Under the pieces are notes generated by a model. It saw only the letters and a program-made list of their open reading frames with translations. It did no database searches and was not told where the DNA came from. Positions 37,791-47,443 of a stretch of 64,000 bases of DNA are shown here, piece by piece. How positions within the stretch are numbered: position 1 is the stretch's first letter; each line of letters opens with the position of its first letter. Made by a program: the position numbers and the translations under genes. This DNA comes from an uncultured Candidatus Saccharibacteria bacterium (GTDB lineage: Bacteria; Patescibacteriota; Dojkabacteria; SC72): the NCBI GenBank assembly GCA_964480345.1, contig CAYZNW010000001.1:149359-213358 (forward strand), given 5' to 3'.

Positions 37791-38345
37791 ATGACAAGAC
37801 TATTAGACGAATACAATAAAAGAATTAAGAAAGAGCTAATGGATGAGAATAAATATCAAACCGTTATGCAGGTACCTACACTAAAGAAAATCGTTATAAA
37901 TGTAGGAGCAGGAGAGAGTATTGTAAACAAATCAGCAATGGATGAAATTGTTGAAATGCTTACAAAAATCTCTGGGCAGAAACCAGTTGTTAATAAAGCA
38001 AAAAAAGCAGTCTCCGCATTTAAAATAAGAGAAGGAATGGAAATAGGAGTCTCTGTTACTCTACGAGGACATAGAATGTGGGAGTTCCTTGATAAATTGG
38101 TAAATGTAGTACTACCAAGAACAAAAGACTTTAGAGGATTAAGTGCTAAATCATTTGATGGTAGTGGAAACTATACCGTTGGCATAGAAGACCACACAGT
38201 GTTTGTTGAAATAGATCCTAACAATGTTACAAAAATAAGAAGCTTAGAAGTTACCCTTGTTACAACTGCAAAAAATGATAAAGATGCAAAACTATTTTTA
38301 GATAAATTTGGATTCCCTTTCAGAAAAGATGTCAACAAAAGCTAA
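37791..38345 (+). CDS. rplE: 50S ribosomal protein L5
   Basis: 184 aa, L5 homology. Confidence 0.95.
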   Translation: MTRLLDEYNKRIKKELMDENKYQTVMQVPTLKKIVINVGAGESIVNKSAMDEIVEMLTKISGQKPVVNKAKKAVSAFKIREGMEIGVSVTLRGHRMWEFLDKLVNVVLPRTKDFRGLSAKSFDGSGNYTVGIEDHTVFVEIDPNNVTKIRSLEVTLVTTAKNDKDAKLFLDKFGFPFRKDVNKS

Positions 38346-38523
38346 AGAATACAAAGCAAAAGCATTAAAGAAAAAGTCTAAATTTAGCACTAGGGTGTAT
38401 AATAGATGCGAAATTTGTGGCAGAGCAAGAGGATATATTAGACATTACGGAATTTGTAGAATTTGTTTTAAACAATTAGCCAGCGAAGGAAAAGTACCTG
38501 GAGTAAAGAAATCTATTTGGTAA
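38329..38523 (+). CDS. rpsZ: 30S ribosomal protein S14 type Z (zinc-binding)
   Basis: [39 protein letters not shown]; start taken at internal ATG (MSTKAK) overlapping rplE end by 17 nt. Confidence 0.9.
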   Translation: MSTKAKEYKAKALKKKSKFSTRVYNRCEICGRARGYIRHYGICRICFKQLASEGKVPGVKKSIW

Positions 38524-38539
38524 TTTAATAAAAATAAAA

Positions 38540-38917
38540 ATGAACGATTTAATAGCAGATTTACTAGCAAGAATACAAAATGGAATAATGAGAAAGAAAG
38601 ATACAGTTCTCGTTGTTAATACCAATATGAATAAAGCCATACTTGAAGTATTGAAAAATGAGAAAATGATAGGAGAGTATGAAGATATGGGAGAGACCAT
38701 AGAAGTCGAGCTACTTTACGAAAACAACGAATCAGTATTAACAAAATTAACAAGAGTAAGTAAACCTGGACAACGAATATATGTATCAAAAAAAGAGATC
38801 AAACCAATTATGAACGGTCGAGGAATCTCAATAATAAGCACATCTGAAGGTCTCATGTCTGGAGCATTAGCAAAAAGCAGAAACCTCGGTGGAGAATTAA
38901 TATGTGAAGTCTGGTAA
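38540..38917 (+). CDS. rpsH: 30S ribosomal protein S8
   Basis: 125 aa, S8 homology. Confidence 0.95.
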   Translation: MNDLIADLLARIQNGIMRKKDTVLVVNTNMNKAILEVLKNEKMIGEYEDMGETIEVELLYENNESVLTKLTRVSKPGQRIYVSKKEIKPIMNGRGISIISTSEGLMSGALAKSRNLGGELICEVW

Positions 38918-38925
38918 TACATTTT

Positions 38926-39465
38926 ATGTCAAGAATAGGATTAGAACCAATAAAAATAGAAGAAGGAGTAGAAGTAGTAGTAGTAAAAAATGAAGTGACC
39001 GTAACCGGCCCTTTAGGAGAACTTCATTTTGTATTACCTGAGGGAGTAACCTGTATTGTTGAAAATGGAGAAGTTAAAATAGAAAGAGCAAATGATTTGA
39101 AACAATCAAAATCAAATCACGGAACATATAGAATGATCATAAAAAATGCAGTTTACGGTGTTAAAAACGGTTTTGAGAGAAAATTGGAATTAGTAGGAGT
39201 TGGATATAGAGCAAGAATGGAAGGACAAACATTAGTGATGAGCCTAGGTTGGAACCATCCAGTAAAGATAGAACCAACAGAAGGAATCACAATAGAAGTA
39301 CCCGAAGAAACTAAAATTGTAATAAAAGGATACAACAAACAGAAAGTAGGAGAATTTGCAGCAGCAATAAGAGAAATAAGGAAACCAGAACCATACAAGG
39401 GAAAAGGTATCAGATACGAAGGAGAGTATGTTCGAAGAAAGAGTTCTAAATCAAGTGTTAAGTAA
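38926..39465 (+). CDS. rplF: 50S ribosomal protein L6
   Basis: 179 aa, L6 homology. Confidence 0.95.
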   Translation: MSRIGLEPIKIEEGVEVVVVKNEVTVTGPLGELHFVLPEGVTCIVENGEVKIERANDLKQSKSNHGTYRMIIKNAVYGVKNGFERKLELVGVGYRARMEGQTLVMSLGWNHPVKIEPTEGITIEVPEETKIVIKGYNKQKVGEFAAAIREIRKPEPYKGKGIRYEGEYVRRKSSKSSVK

Positions 39466-39487
39466 GATAAAAATATAACAAATAGAA

Positions 39488-39814
39488 ATGTCAAAATTAA
39501 CAAAAAGAGAAAAAAGAATAAGAAGAAAAGCTCACATTAGAAAAAATCTAAGTGGGACAACAGAGAAACCAAGAGTATTTGTGTTTAAAAGCAATAGATA
39601 TTTCTATGCAGGAATCGCAGATGATGATAAAAATGTAGTAGTAAAATCATTTATGTGCAAGAAAAATGGAAAAGACATATTAGAAATGACAAAACAATTT
39701 GGCAAAGAAGCAAAGAAATATAAAGCTTTAGTCTTCGATAGAAGTGGATACAAATACCATGGACTAATACAAGAATTTGTAGAAGAATTAAGAAAACAAG
39801 ATATTAAAATTTAG
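39488..39814 (+). CDS. rplR: 50S ribosomal protein L18
   Basis: 108 aa; FDRSGYKYHG motif. Confidence 0.9.
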   Translation: MSKLTKREKRIRRKAHIRKNLSGTTEKPRVFVFKSNRYFYAGIADDDKNVVVKSFMCKKNGKDILEMTKQFGKEAKKYKALVFDRSGYKYHGLIQEFVEELRKQDIKI

Positions 39815-39823
39815 AACAAAAAT

Positions 39824-40465
39824 ATGGACGAAAAGATTAGAAGAAACCACAAAGAAAGAAAGATGTTTGATAAGAAATCATTACCAATAAGAAGAGTTGC
39901 AAAAGTAACTAAAGGTGGTAAGAGATTACGATTTAGCACAGTTGTAGTAGTAGGAGACAGACATGGAACTGTAGGAGTAGCACTTGGAAGAGGAGCGGAT
40001 GTTAGAGGAGCAGTAGAACAAGGAGAAAGATTAGCATCTAAAAATGCTACTAAAATACAACTCGTTGGAGATACAATCCCTCATGAAATTAAAATGAAAT
40101 ATGGAGCTTCTAAAGTCCTACTCAGACCTGCTAGACCAGGTACTGGAGTAATTGCAGGATCATCAGTAAGAACAGTATTAGAAATGGCAGGAGTAGATAA
40201 TGTATACGGTAAAATCCTAGGAAGCCCAGATGCAAATGGAAACGCTTACTGCACATACAGAGCACTCAAATCATTACGAAATGAAAGAGTACTAAGTAGA
40301 ATGACCAAAATGAGAAATAGAATAGAACTAAAAGAAGCATCAGACAAAGAAAAGAAAGCAAAAGAAGAGAAAAAGAGAAAATTACACAAAAAAGAACACT
40401 CATCTAGAAAAGATAAATTTCAAAAAAGATCAGATAAGAAAGTTAAAGTAAATAGGAAAAAATAA
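39824..40465 (+). CDS. rpsE: 30S ribosomal protein S5 with Lys/Glu-rich C-terminal extension
   Basis: 213 aa; dsRBD and S5 C-domain; ~50-aa basic tail. Confidence 0.95.
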   Translation: MDEKIRRNHKERKMFDKKSLPIRRVAKVTKGGKRLRFSTVVVVGDRHGTVGVALGRGADVRGAVEQGERLASKNATKIQLVGDTIPHEIKMKYGASKVLLRPARPGTGVIAGSSVRTVLEMAGVDNVYGKILGSPDANGNAYCTYRALKSLRNERVLSRMTKMRNRIELKEASDKEKKAKEEKKRKLHKKEHSSRKDKFQKRSDKKVKVNRKK

Positions 40466-40908
40466 TGAACCTCGAAAACATACCAGAAAGAAAAAACAGA
40501 ATAAAGAAATCCAAAAGACTTGGCAGAGGCTACGGATCAGGAGTAGGAGGACACACAGTTGGAAGAGGAACAAAAGGACAGAAATCACGAGCAGGACACA
40601 AATCCTTACAATTCTTCGAAGGAGGAAATGTACCCTTCTTTAGAAGAATGCCTAAGTACAAAGGCTTTAATAGAAAATTCAAACTAGAAGCCAGTGCAGT
40701 CAATGTCGGCACTTTGGAGAAATACTTTGAAACAGGAGAAGTTGTAAATATGGACAATTTGAAAGCAAAAGGAATTGTTAAGAAAAACTCTAAGAAAGTG
40801 AAAATACTTGGCAATGGAGAACTAAAGAAAAAGCTAACTATCGAGGGAATAGAAGTATCTACTACTGCCATAGAAAAAATAAAGAAATCTGGCGGGGTTA
40901 TCAAATAA
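40465..40908 (+). CDS. rplO: 50S ribosomal protein L15 (follows S5 directly; no L30 gene)
   Basis: GRGYGSGVGGHTVGRGTKGQKSR motif; ATG overlaps S5 stop. Confidence 0.95.
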   Translation: MNLENIPERKNRIKKSKRLGRGYGSGVGGHTVGRGTKGQKSRAGHKSLQFFEGGNVPFFRRMPKYKGFNRKFKLEASAVNVGTLEKYFETGEVVNMDNLKAKGIVKKNSKKVKILGNGELKKKLTIEGIEVSTTAIEKIKKSGGVIK

Positions 40909-40919
40909 TCTCAAAGAAA

Positions 40920-42185
40920 ATGAACAAATTCATAGAAAAATTGAAGTCCATCTGGAAAACAGAGGAGATTAGAAAAAAAATACTCTTTTCACTAATCATT
41001 ATGATAGTGTATAGAGTACTCTCTGCCATACCTGTATCAGGAATCCCAGCTGAAGCCATCAAACAACTATTTGAAGGAACTGGAGTAGGAGAAGTCCTAT
41101 CTACAGTCTCAGGCGGAGTATTAGAAACAGCATCAATCGTAGCAATAGGATTAACACCATACATCAATGCTTCAATCATCTTCCAATTACTTGGTACAGT
41201 AATTCCAAAACTAGAAGAATTACAAAAAGAGGGACAAGAAGGAAGAAGAAAAATATCTATGTACACCAGAATCGCTACAGTACCACTAGCAATCTTACAA
41301 TCATTTGTGATTTACTCCTCACTCTTAGCCATGGGACTAATCCCACAACTTGGAGCATTAGAACTAATTGCAATGTCAGCAACCCTATCAGCAGGCTCAA
41401 TGGTAATGATGTGGTTTGGAGAACTAGTCTCCGAAAGTGGAGTCGGTGGAGGATCCTCATATTTAATCATGTTAGGAATACTCTCAGGAATACCTGGCAC
41501 TATGAGAACCAATTTCTTAACGATGGACGACACGCAGAAAATAATATTTACAATATTCTCATTACTACTGATCATATCAGTTATCTTTGTAACTCAAGCG
41601 GAAAGACGAGTGAAAGTACAATATTCTCGAAGAGTACGAACTGGAGGAGCTATGGAAAGCTATATCCCAATAAAACCAACACAATCAGGAGTTATGCCAG
41701 TAATATTCGCTATGGCATTCATATCCTTCCCACAACTAATAGGCAAATTCTTAATAAGTAAAAATTACAATCAGGGATTAACAGATTTCTTGCAAAGATT
41801 ATTAGATTGGTTAAACAACCCATATATATACAATTCATTAATTTTCGTACTAGTCATAGCTTTCTCATTCTTCTATCTAACAGTCGTTTTTAAAACGGAT
41901 GAATTAGCAGAGAATTTGCAAAAGCAAGGAGCGTTTATACAAGGTATAAGACCTGGAGATAACACATCTGATTATTTGCGAAAAGTCAGTTATAGATTAG
42001 CTGTAATAGGAGCTATATTCTTAGCAGTACTATCTATCTTACCTGATATAACAGTCCAACTTGGCTTAATACCAAGAGCTGTATTCTCTGGTACAGGATT
42101 ACTAATTGTCGTAGGTGTAGTTCTCGAAATCAAAAGACAAATAGAATCAATGATGACCGTAAGAAGTTATAACAGATACCTTTAA
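40920..42185 (+). CDS. secY: preprotein translocase subunit SecY
   Basis: 421 aa, 10 TM helices, position after L15. Confidence 0.9.
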   Translation: MNKFIEKLKSIWKTEEIRKKILFSLIIMIVYRVLSAIPVSGIPAEAIKQLFEGTGVGEVLSTVSGGVLETASIVAIGLTPYINASIIFQLLGTVIPKLEELQKEGQEGRRKISMYTRIATVPLAILQSFVIYSSLLAMGLIPQLGALELIAMSATLSAGSMVMMWFGELVSESGVGGGSSYLIMLGILSGIPGTMRTNFLTMDDTQKIIFTIFSLLLIISVIFVTQAERRVKVQYSRRVRTGGAMESYIPIKPTQSGVMPVIFAMAFISFPQLIGKFLISKNYNQGLTDFLQRLLDWLNNPYIYNSLIFVLVIAFSFFYLTVVFKTDELAENLQKQGAFIQGIRPGDNTSDYLRKVSYRLAVIGAIFLAVLSILPDITVQLGLIPRAVFSGTGLLIVVGVVLEIKRQIESMMTVRSYNRYL

Positions 42186-42238
42186 GGTCTTTGATTCTCT
42201 TGGATATATTAAGGTTTTTACTACCTATTTCATAATTA

Positions 42239-42810
42239 TTTAAGATTCTATAGGATCTTAACGCTTAGATTAATCCATTTTAAGGGCAAGAACCAAACGA
42301 TAGTAGTTAATAAGAGTGTCATTTTCCTTGAGGATAAATAACGTATTTTGGTCTAATTCTTGAGGATTTTCATTAATATATTTTACTATCTTTTCAAAAT
42401 AAACAATATCGGTAATCTTCTTTTTCTTATACCGCCCTTGAAATAAATGACCAACAACACCATATCTCCTATTTATGTACTTAGTATAAACAGCAGAAAT
42501 AGTTTGTATCGCTTTCTCTGTCTTCTGAGAACCGTTCCTTACAATTAAAATGTGAAAGTGATTCGGCATGATACATAAAGAAATAATGCTAAAAAACCTA
42601 CGATCAAAATACTTATAAAATAACGAAAGAAATTTATAATAATCCTTTTTTGAGAAACAAATCTTTTGCTTTCTGTTTCCTCTATTGTATATATGATAAA
42701 TCGACCCTTTTTCTAAAGATATCCTCATTTAAAAGTTATATCTAATAATTATTAAAATTAAGTTAAATTGGCATTAGTTGCGAAGAATTAACCAATAGTA
42801 TCTTATAAAA
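42239..42810 (-). mobile_element. IS200/IS605-family (RAYT-like, tnpA-only) element inserted between secY and adk, flanked by inverted copies of a REP-like motif
   Basis: HUH Y1 transposase gene flanked by TTTAAGATTCTATAGG (42239-42254) and a degenerate inverted copy CCAATAGTATCTTATAAA (42792-42809); secY-adk gap is ~700 bp instead of the usual few nt. Confidence 0.5.
42270..42728 (-). CDS. tnpA: IS200-like / REP-associated tyrosine transposase (HUH Y1 family)
   Basis: 152 aa; YHIYNRGNRKQKIF...CIMPNHFHILI (HuH motif)...VGHLFQGRY (catalytic Tyr) matches Y1_Tnp/PF01797 pattern. Confidence 0.8.
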   Translation of the reverse strand: MRISLEKGSIYHIYNRGNRKQKICFSKKDYYKFLSLFYKYFDRRFFSIISLCIMPNHFHILIVRNGSQKTEKAIQTISAVYTKYINRRYGVVGHLFQGRYKKKKITDIVYFEKIVKYINENPQELDQNTLFILKENDTLINYYRLVLALKMD

Positions 42811-42894
42811 TTATTAAATTTCTCGATATTTCTCTTTTGTGGTAAGATGATTCAACAGCCTTAAACGTACGTACGTAATTTTATACAAAATCAT

Positions 42895-43539
42895 ATGACA
42901 ATTCTTTTTCATGGCCCTTCGGGTTGCGGTAAGGATACTCAAGTGGAGCTTTTAGTTGAACAGTACAACTTTGAAAGTATTGGAACAGGAGAAATGCTAA
43001 GAAAGATGTTTGCAGAGAGCGATCCAGATGCTATAGAAGCAAATAAATACATGACTCAAGGTAAGTTTGTACCAAATGAAATTGTATATAGAATGCTCCC
43101 AAAATGGTTAGATAAATACGATCAATCTAAGAATTGGGCATTTGTATCTGTTGTTAGAGAAGTAGGTCAAATCCCTCTTTTTGACGAGCTATTAGAGAAA
43201 AAAGGAAGAGTGCTAGATAAATTCGTCCACTTTAAGTTAAGTGAGGAAACTGCAATAGAGAGAATGTCGCTCAGATGGTATTGTCCAAAATGTGGAGCTA
43301 CATATCATGATAAATATAAACCTGAAGAGAAAAAAGGATACTGCACAAAGTGTTCTACTAAATTAGTGAAAAGAGATGATGATCAACCAGAGAAGATTAA
43401 AGAAAGATTGCGAGAATACAACAGAACTATTCAACCGATACTAGATGAATATGAAAAAAGAGGTATTTTAATTGAAATAGATGCGGCACCTTCAATTGAA
43501 GAAATACATCAAAATATTCTTCAATCTTTAAACTTGTAA
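42895..43539 (+). CDS. adk: adenylate kinase (zinc-lid type)
   Basis: GPSGCGKDTQ P-loop; LID with CPKCG...CTKC. Confidence 0.9.
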   Translation: MTILFHGPSGCGKDTQVELLVEQYNFESIGTGEMLRKMFAESDPDAIEANKYMTQGKFVPNEIVYRMLPKWLDKYDQSKNWAFVSVVREVGQIPLFDELLEKKGRVLDKFVHFKLSEETAIERMSLRWYCPKCGATYHDKYKPEEKKGYCTKCSTKLVKRDDDQPEKIKERLREYNRTIQPILDEYEKRGILIEIDAAPSIEEIHQNILQSLNL

Positions 43540-43612
43540 ATACTTCTGTTATTTGGTATTCTTACCATGTTTCTTTGGAGTACGAAACAAAGGCCAATTC
43601 TAATGCTTTTTG

Positions 43613-43641
43613 TTGAATTAGTAGTCTTCTTTTGATATAAT
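43613..43641 (+). promoter_or_regulatory. near-consensus sigma70-type promoter upstream of infA (TTGAAT-17-TATAAT)
   Basis: hexamers and 17-nt spacer read directly; 38 nt upstream of infA ATG. Confidence 0.45.
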
Positions 43642-43679
43642 CCGAAAGATTCTAAATAAAGGAGGCATTAAACGAAAAT

Positions 43680-43907
43680 ATGAACGATAGTAAAAAAGTA
43701 TTCGAATTTGATGGTGTTGTGAAAGAAAGCCTTCCTAACACTCAATTTGTTGTAGAGATCGAAGTTAATGGATCTAAACACCAAGTTGTTGGCTATCTAT
43801 CTGGCAAAATGAGAATGCACTACATTCGAATTTTAGAAGGAGATAAAGTTAGAATTGAAATGACTCCTTATGATAAAGAAAGAGGGAGAATAACATATAG
43901 ACTTTAA
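43680..43907 (+). CDS. infA: translation initiation factor IF-1
   Basis: 75 aa; S1-like fold sequence [26 protein letters not shown]. Confidence 0.95.
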   Translation: MNDSKKVFEFDGVVKESLPNTQFVVEIEVNGSKHQVVGYLSGKMRMHYIRILEGDKVRIEMTPYDKERGRITYRL

Positions 43908-43912
43908 TAATA

Positions 43913-44029
43913 ATGAAAGTTAGAGCTTCTGTAAAAAAAAGATGTCCGGATTGTTATGTAGTCAAAAGAAAGGCTAGAGTGTATGTGTATTGTAAAAAGA
44001 ACCCTAAGCATAAACAGAGACAGGGTTAA
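43913..44029 (+). CDS. rpmJ: 50S ribosomal protein L36 (not in the ORF track; 38 aa)
   Basis: hand translation [38 protein letters not shown] with C..C...C...H zinc ribbon; located between infA and rpsM as expected. Confidence 0.85.
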   Translation: MKVRASVKKRCPDCYVVKRKARVYVYCKKNPKHKQRQG

Positions 44030-44054
44030 TTTTAATTAATTTACTTACTTTAAT

Positions 44055-44438
44055 ATGGCAAGAGTCGCAGGAATTGAAATACCAAATGATAAGAGACTGT
44101 GGGTCTCATTAATGAGCATATACGGTATAGGAGAAGTAAGTGCAAAAAAGATTTGTGAGAAGAGTAAGTTAGATAAGAATATTTTTGTAAAAGATTTATC
44201 TGAAGAGGAATTAGAGAAAGTAAGAAAAAATATAGAAGCTGATTTAGTTGTAGAAGGAGAATTGAGACAGAACATCTTTAGAAATATTAAAAGGTTGAAA
44301 GATATCAGAGCTCATAGAGGAATAAGACATAAACTTGGTCTTCCTGTTAGGGGACAGAGAACAAGACATAATGCTAGAACTAGAAAAGGTAAGAGCAGAC
44401 CTGTCGGTGGTTTAAAGAGAACTTTAGATAAAACATAG
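44055..44438 (+). CDS. rpsM: 30S ribosomal protein S13
   Basis: MARVAGIEIPNDKR N-terminus. Confidence 0.95.
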   Translation: MARVAGIEIPNDKRLWVSLMSIYGIGEVSAKKICEKSKLDKNIFVKDLSEEELEKVRKNIEADLVVEGELRQNIFRNIKRLKDIRAHRGIRHKLGLPVRGQRTRHNARTRKGKSRPVGGLKRTLDKT

Positions 44439-44452
44439 AATAATATAAAAAC

Positions 44453-44848
44453 ATGGCAGATACAGAAAAAACAAAGAAAAGTAAGAGTGCTAAGAGAAAT
44501 GTACAAAGTGGTATTGCTACAGTACAATCTACTTTTAACAATACGATAATCAGTTTAACTGATGAAAACGGTGAAGTATTAGGACAAGGCAGTCCATCAA
44601 GAATAGGTTTTAAAGGAGCTAAGAGAAGTACAGCATACGCTGCTACAAAAGCTGCTCTTGATGTTGCTGAGAAAGTTATTAAGAAATACGGATTAAGAGA
44701 AGTTAAAGTATTTTTGAAAGGACCTGGAGCAGGTAGAAATGCAGCAGTTAAAGGTTTAGATTCAGCAGGTTTGAAAGTGACTATGTTGGTAGATAGGACT
44801 CCTATCCCACATAATGGTTGTAGAGCAAGAAAAGCTCCTAGAAAGTAA
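44453..44848 (+). CDS. rpsK: 30S ribosomal protein S11
   Basis: 131 aa, S11 homology. Confidence 0.95.
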   Translation: MADTEKTKKSKSAKRNVQSGIATVQSTFNNTIISLTDENGEVLGQGSPSRIGFKGAKRSTAYAATKAALDVAEKVIKKYGLREVKVFLKGPGAGRNAAVKGLDSAGLKVTMLVDRTPIPHNGCRARKAPRK

Positions 44849-44877
44849 TTAATATATTTACAGATTTTAAATAAGAA

Positions 44878-45489
44878 ATGGGAAGATATACTGGACCAAA
44901 AGAGAAATTAAGTAGAAGAGAAGGTGTAAATCTTCATTTAAAAGGAGCTAGATCTTTTTCTGATAAAAACGGTTTACAAAGAAAACCCTTCGCACCAGGA
45001 CAGCACGGTAATAAGAAAAGAGCTAGACTATCTAACTACGGTTTTCAGTTAAGAGAGAAACAGAAAGTTAAAAGAACTTACGGATTACGAGAGAAGAAAA
45101 TGCACTCTGTATATAAAGAAGCAGATAGAAGATCAAAAGTTGCAAATACAGATAAAGGTTTGGAGCTTTTGAGACTTTTAGAATTGAGATTAGATAATGT
45201 ATTGTATCTTGCTGGACTTGCTCCATCGAGAGCTGCTGCTAGACAGTATGTCACTCATGGTCATGTCAAAGTAAATGGAAAGAAACTTTCAGTTCCATCA
45301 TATGAACTCACAGAGAAAGATTCAGTAGAATTAGTAAAAGCTAAGTTAGCTCCTACTGAGAAATTCTTTGAAACTCCTACATGGATAGAAAGAAAAGGTG
45401 AGTCATGTAAAGTAGCAAGATTACCAATCAGAGATGAAATTGATGAAGGAATTAAAGAGAACTTAATAATTGAGTTTTACTCTAGATAA
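44878..45489 (+). CDS. rpsD: 30S ribosomal protein S4
   Basis: 203 aa; N-terminal domain and S4 RNA-binding domain; no Cys zinc finger. Confidence 0.95.
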   Translation: MGRYTGPKEKLSRREGVNLHLKGARSFSDKNGLQRKPFAPGQHGNKKRARLSNYGFQLREKQKVKRTYGLREKKMHSVYKEADRRSKVANTDKGLELLRLLELRLDNVLYLAGLAPSRAAARQYVTHGHVKVNGKKLSVPSYELTEKDSVELVKAKLAPTEKFFETPTWIERKGESCKVARLPIRDEIDEGIKENLIIEFYSR

Positions 45490-45507
45490 TTTTTATTACT
45501 AATATTA

Positions 45508-46476
45508 ATGGAAGCATTTAAGGATATTAAAGTTACCATAAAAGATGAAAAAGAGAATTACTCTCTCTTTGAAATTTCTCCTTTACCAAGAGGATATGGT
45601 CATACTTTAGGTAATTCATTAAGAAGAATACTTTACTCAAGTTTAAGAGGTACTGGCATTACATCTGTTAGCATAAAAGGAATAGATCATGAATATACAA
45701 CAGTAGATGGCGTTAAAGAGAATATGGTTGATATCATAATGAATCTTAAACAGATAAAGTTTAAAACAGCATTGGATGAAGTATTTGTATGTAAGCTATC
45801 AGTAAAAGGAAAGAAAGATGTAAAAGCAGGAGATATAGAAGTAAAAGGAGATCTTGAAGTAGTAAACAAAGATTTACACATTGCTACATTAACAGAAGCT
45901 TCAGCATCATTGGAAATAGAAATGACTGTAGAGTCTGGAGTAGGTTACAAAACAGTAGATGAATCTGAAAGAAAAGAAGTAGGATTAATTCCACTAGATT
46001 GTGATTTCTCTCCAATAGAAAGAGTTAGCTTAAGTGTAGAACAGGCTAGAAAAGGACAAGAAACAGACTTAGACGCAGTATTACTTGGAGTTACAACTGA
46101 CGGAAGTATTACTCCAAAAGATTCTCTTTTAGAATCTGCAAAGATTTTACAAGAGTTCTCAGGAAAAGTTATGATTGCAATGGGCATGGCACAAAAAGAA
46201 GTTATCGCATTAGAAGAAGAAGCTAATACAGTTGAAGTAGAAGTTACAGAAGAATTAGCAACAGAAAACGATGAGATAGGTAGTTGGAAGATAGAAGAGT
46301 TACCAGTATCTAAGAGATCAAAAACAGGATTACTAGCAGGTGGTTTCAAAACAGTAGCAGATCTAAGAAACACAACAGCTACTGAACTTTTAAACCTACC
46401 TGGATTTGGAAACAAATCACTTAATGAAATTTTAGAATTACTATCAGATTACGGTATTAATATTAAAGGTAAATAG
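45508..46476 (+). CDS. rpoA: DNA-directed RNA polymerase alpha subunit
   Basis: 322 aa; N-terminal dimerisation domain and alpha-CTD. Confidence 0.9.
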   Translation: MEAFKDIKVTIKDEKENYSLFEISPLPRGYGHTLGNSLRRILYSSLRGTGITSVSIKGIDHEYTTVDGVKENMVDIIMNLKQIKFKTALDEVFVCKLSVKGKKDVKAGDIEVKGDLEVVNKDLHIATLTEASASLEIEMTVESGVGYKTVDESERKEVGLIPLDCDFSPIERVSLSVEQARKGQETDLDAVLLGVTTDGSITPKDSLLESAKILQEFSGKVMIAMGMAQKEVIALEEEANTVEVEVTEELATENDEIGSWKIEELPVSKRSKTGLLAGGFKTVADLRNTTATELLNLPGFGNKSLNEILELLSDYGINIKGK

Positions 46477-46477
46477 A

Positions 46478-46981
46478 ATGTACAAGAGAGTCAAACGAGC
46501 AAAATTAGGTAGAAAGCAGTCACATAGAAATTCTCTAAGAAGGAACTTACTTAGATCTTTGTTTAAGAACAGTAACATAGTAACTACTTCCCAAAAAGCA
46601 AAAGTCTTAAAACAAGATGCTAGCTCTCTAATTAGTAAAGGAGTATCAAAGAAAGGCTCATTAGAATTTAGAAGAAAGCTAGAAGAGGTATTTGGAGATA
46701 AAGAATTAATTAAGAAATTTAATGAATATATCGTTAAAGAGGATATAGGAGTTAAATTAGTAAAAGTAGGTTTTAGATCAGGTGACAATGCAGAGAAATC
46801 AAGAGTAGTCCTAAAAGGAACTGAGAAGAAAAAGAAAGTAGTAAAGAAAGAGAAAGAAGAGGAGAAGAAAGAAAAAGTAAGTGAAACTAAAAATGTTAGT
46901 AGCTTTGAGAGAGAGAAGAGAGTAGATAAAACAGCTGTCATAAAGAAGACAGGAAGATCTAATACAAGATCTGGACTTTAA
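46478..46981 (+). CDS. rplQ: 50S ribosomal protein L17 with Lys/Glu-rich C-terminal extension
   Basis: MYKRVKRAKLGRKQSHRNSLRRNL N-terminus; ~60-aa basic/acidic tail. Confidence 0.9.
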   Translation: MYKRVKRAKLGRKQSHRNSLRRNLLRSLFKNSNIVTTSQKAKVLKQDASSLISKGVSKKGSLEFRRKLEEVFGDKELIKKFNEYIVKEDIGVKLVKVGFRSGDNAEKSRVVLKGTEKKKKVVKKEKEEEKKEKVSETKNVSSFEREKRVDKTAVIKKTGRSNTRSGL

Positions 46982-46997
46982 TTAAATCGAAATATTA

Positions 46998-47432
46998 ATG
47001 AAATACAAAACAGTTTGGACAAAAAAAGAAGAAATTGAAAGAAAGTGGTATGTGATTGATGTTAAAGATCAGATACTTGGAAGAAGTGCTACTAAAATAG
47101 CTTCATTACTCATAGGAAAAGAGAAACCAGAAATAGTTCCTGGTGTTGATTGTGGCGATTATGTAGTTGTTACAAACAGTGATGCTGTTAAGCTTACACG
47201 AGGTAAAGAATTAAAAAAGACATATTTTAGACACTCAGGATATGCTGGAGCAGCAAAATTTACTAGATTTGATGAGCAAATCAATAAAGATTCTAGAAAA
47301 GTAATAGTAGACGCAGTGAAGAATATGTTACCAAACAATAAACTACGAGATCAAAGACTCGCCAGATTATTTGTTTACAAAAACTCAGAACATAAACATA
47401 CGGCTCAAAAGCCTATTGATATTAAATTGTAA
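46998..47432 (+). CDS. rplM: 50S ribosomal protein L13
   Basis: 144 aa, L13 homology (KWYVIDVKDQILGR). Confidence 0.95.
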   Translation: MKYKTVWTKKEEIERKWYVIDVKDQILGRSATKIASLLIGKEKPEIVPGVDCGDYVVVTNSDAVKLTRGKELKKTYFRHSGYAGAAKFTRFDEQINKDSRKVIVDAVKNMLPNNKLRDQRLARLFVYKNSEHKHTAQKPIDIKL

Positions 47433-47443
47433 TATTTTAAATA

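Noticed and set aside
38308-38345. S14 ORF starting at TTG 38308/38309, 38 nt inside rplE
   Set aside because: S14 type-Z proteins are ~61 aa starting near MSTKAK. The internal ATG at ~38329 gives the expected length. The upstream extension is just the alternative frame of the L5 3' end.
45945-46941. Minus-strand ORFs 45945-46415 (156 aa) and 46444-46941 (165 aa)
   Set aside because: Antisense to rpoA and rplQ; typical Ser/Phe/Leu-rich shadows of Lys/Glu-rich genes.
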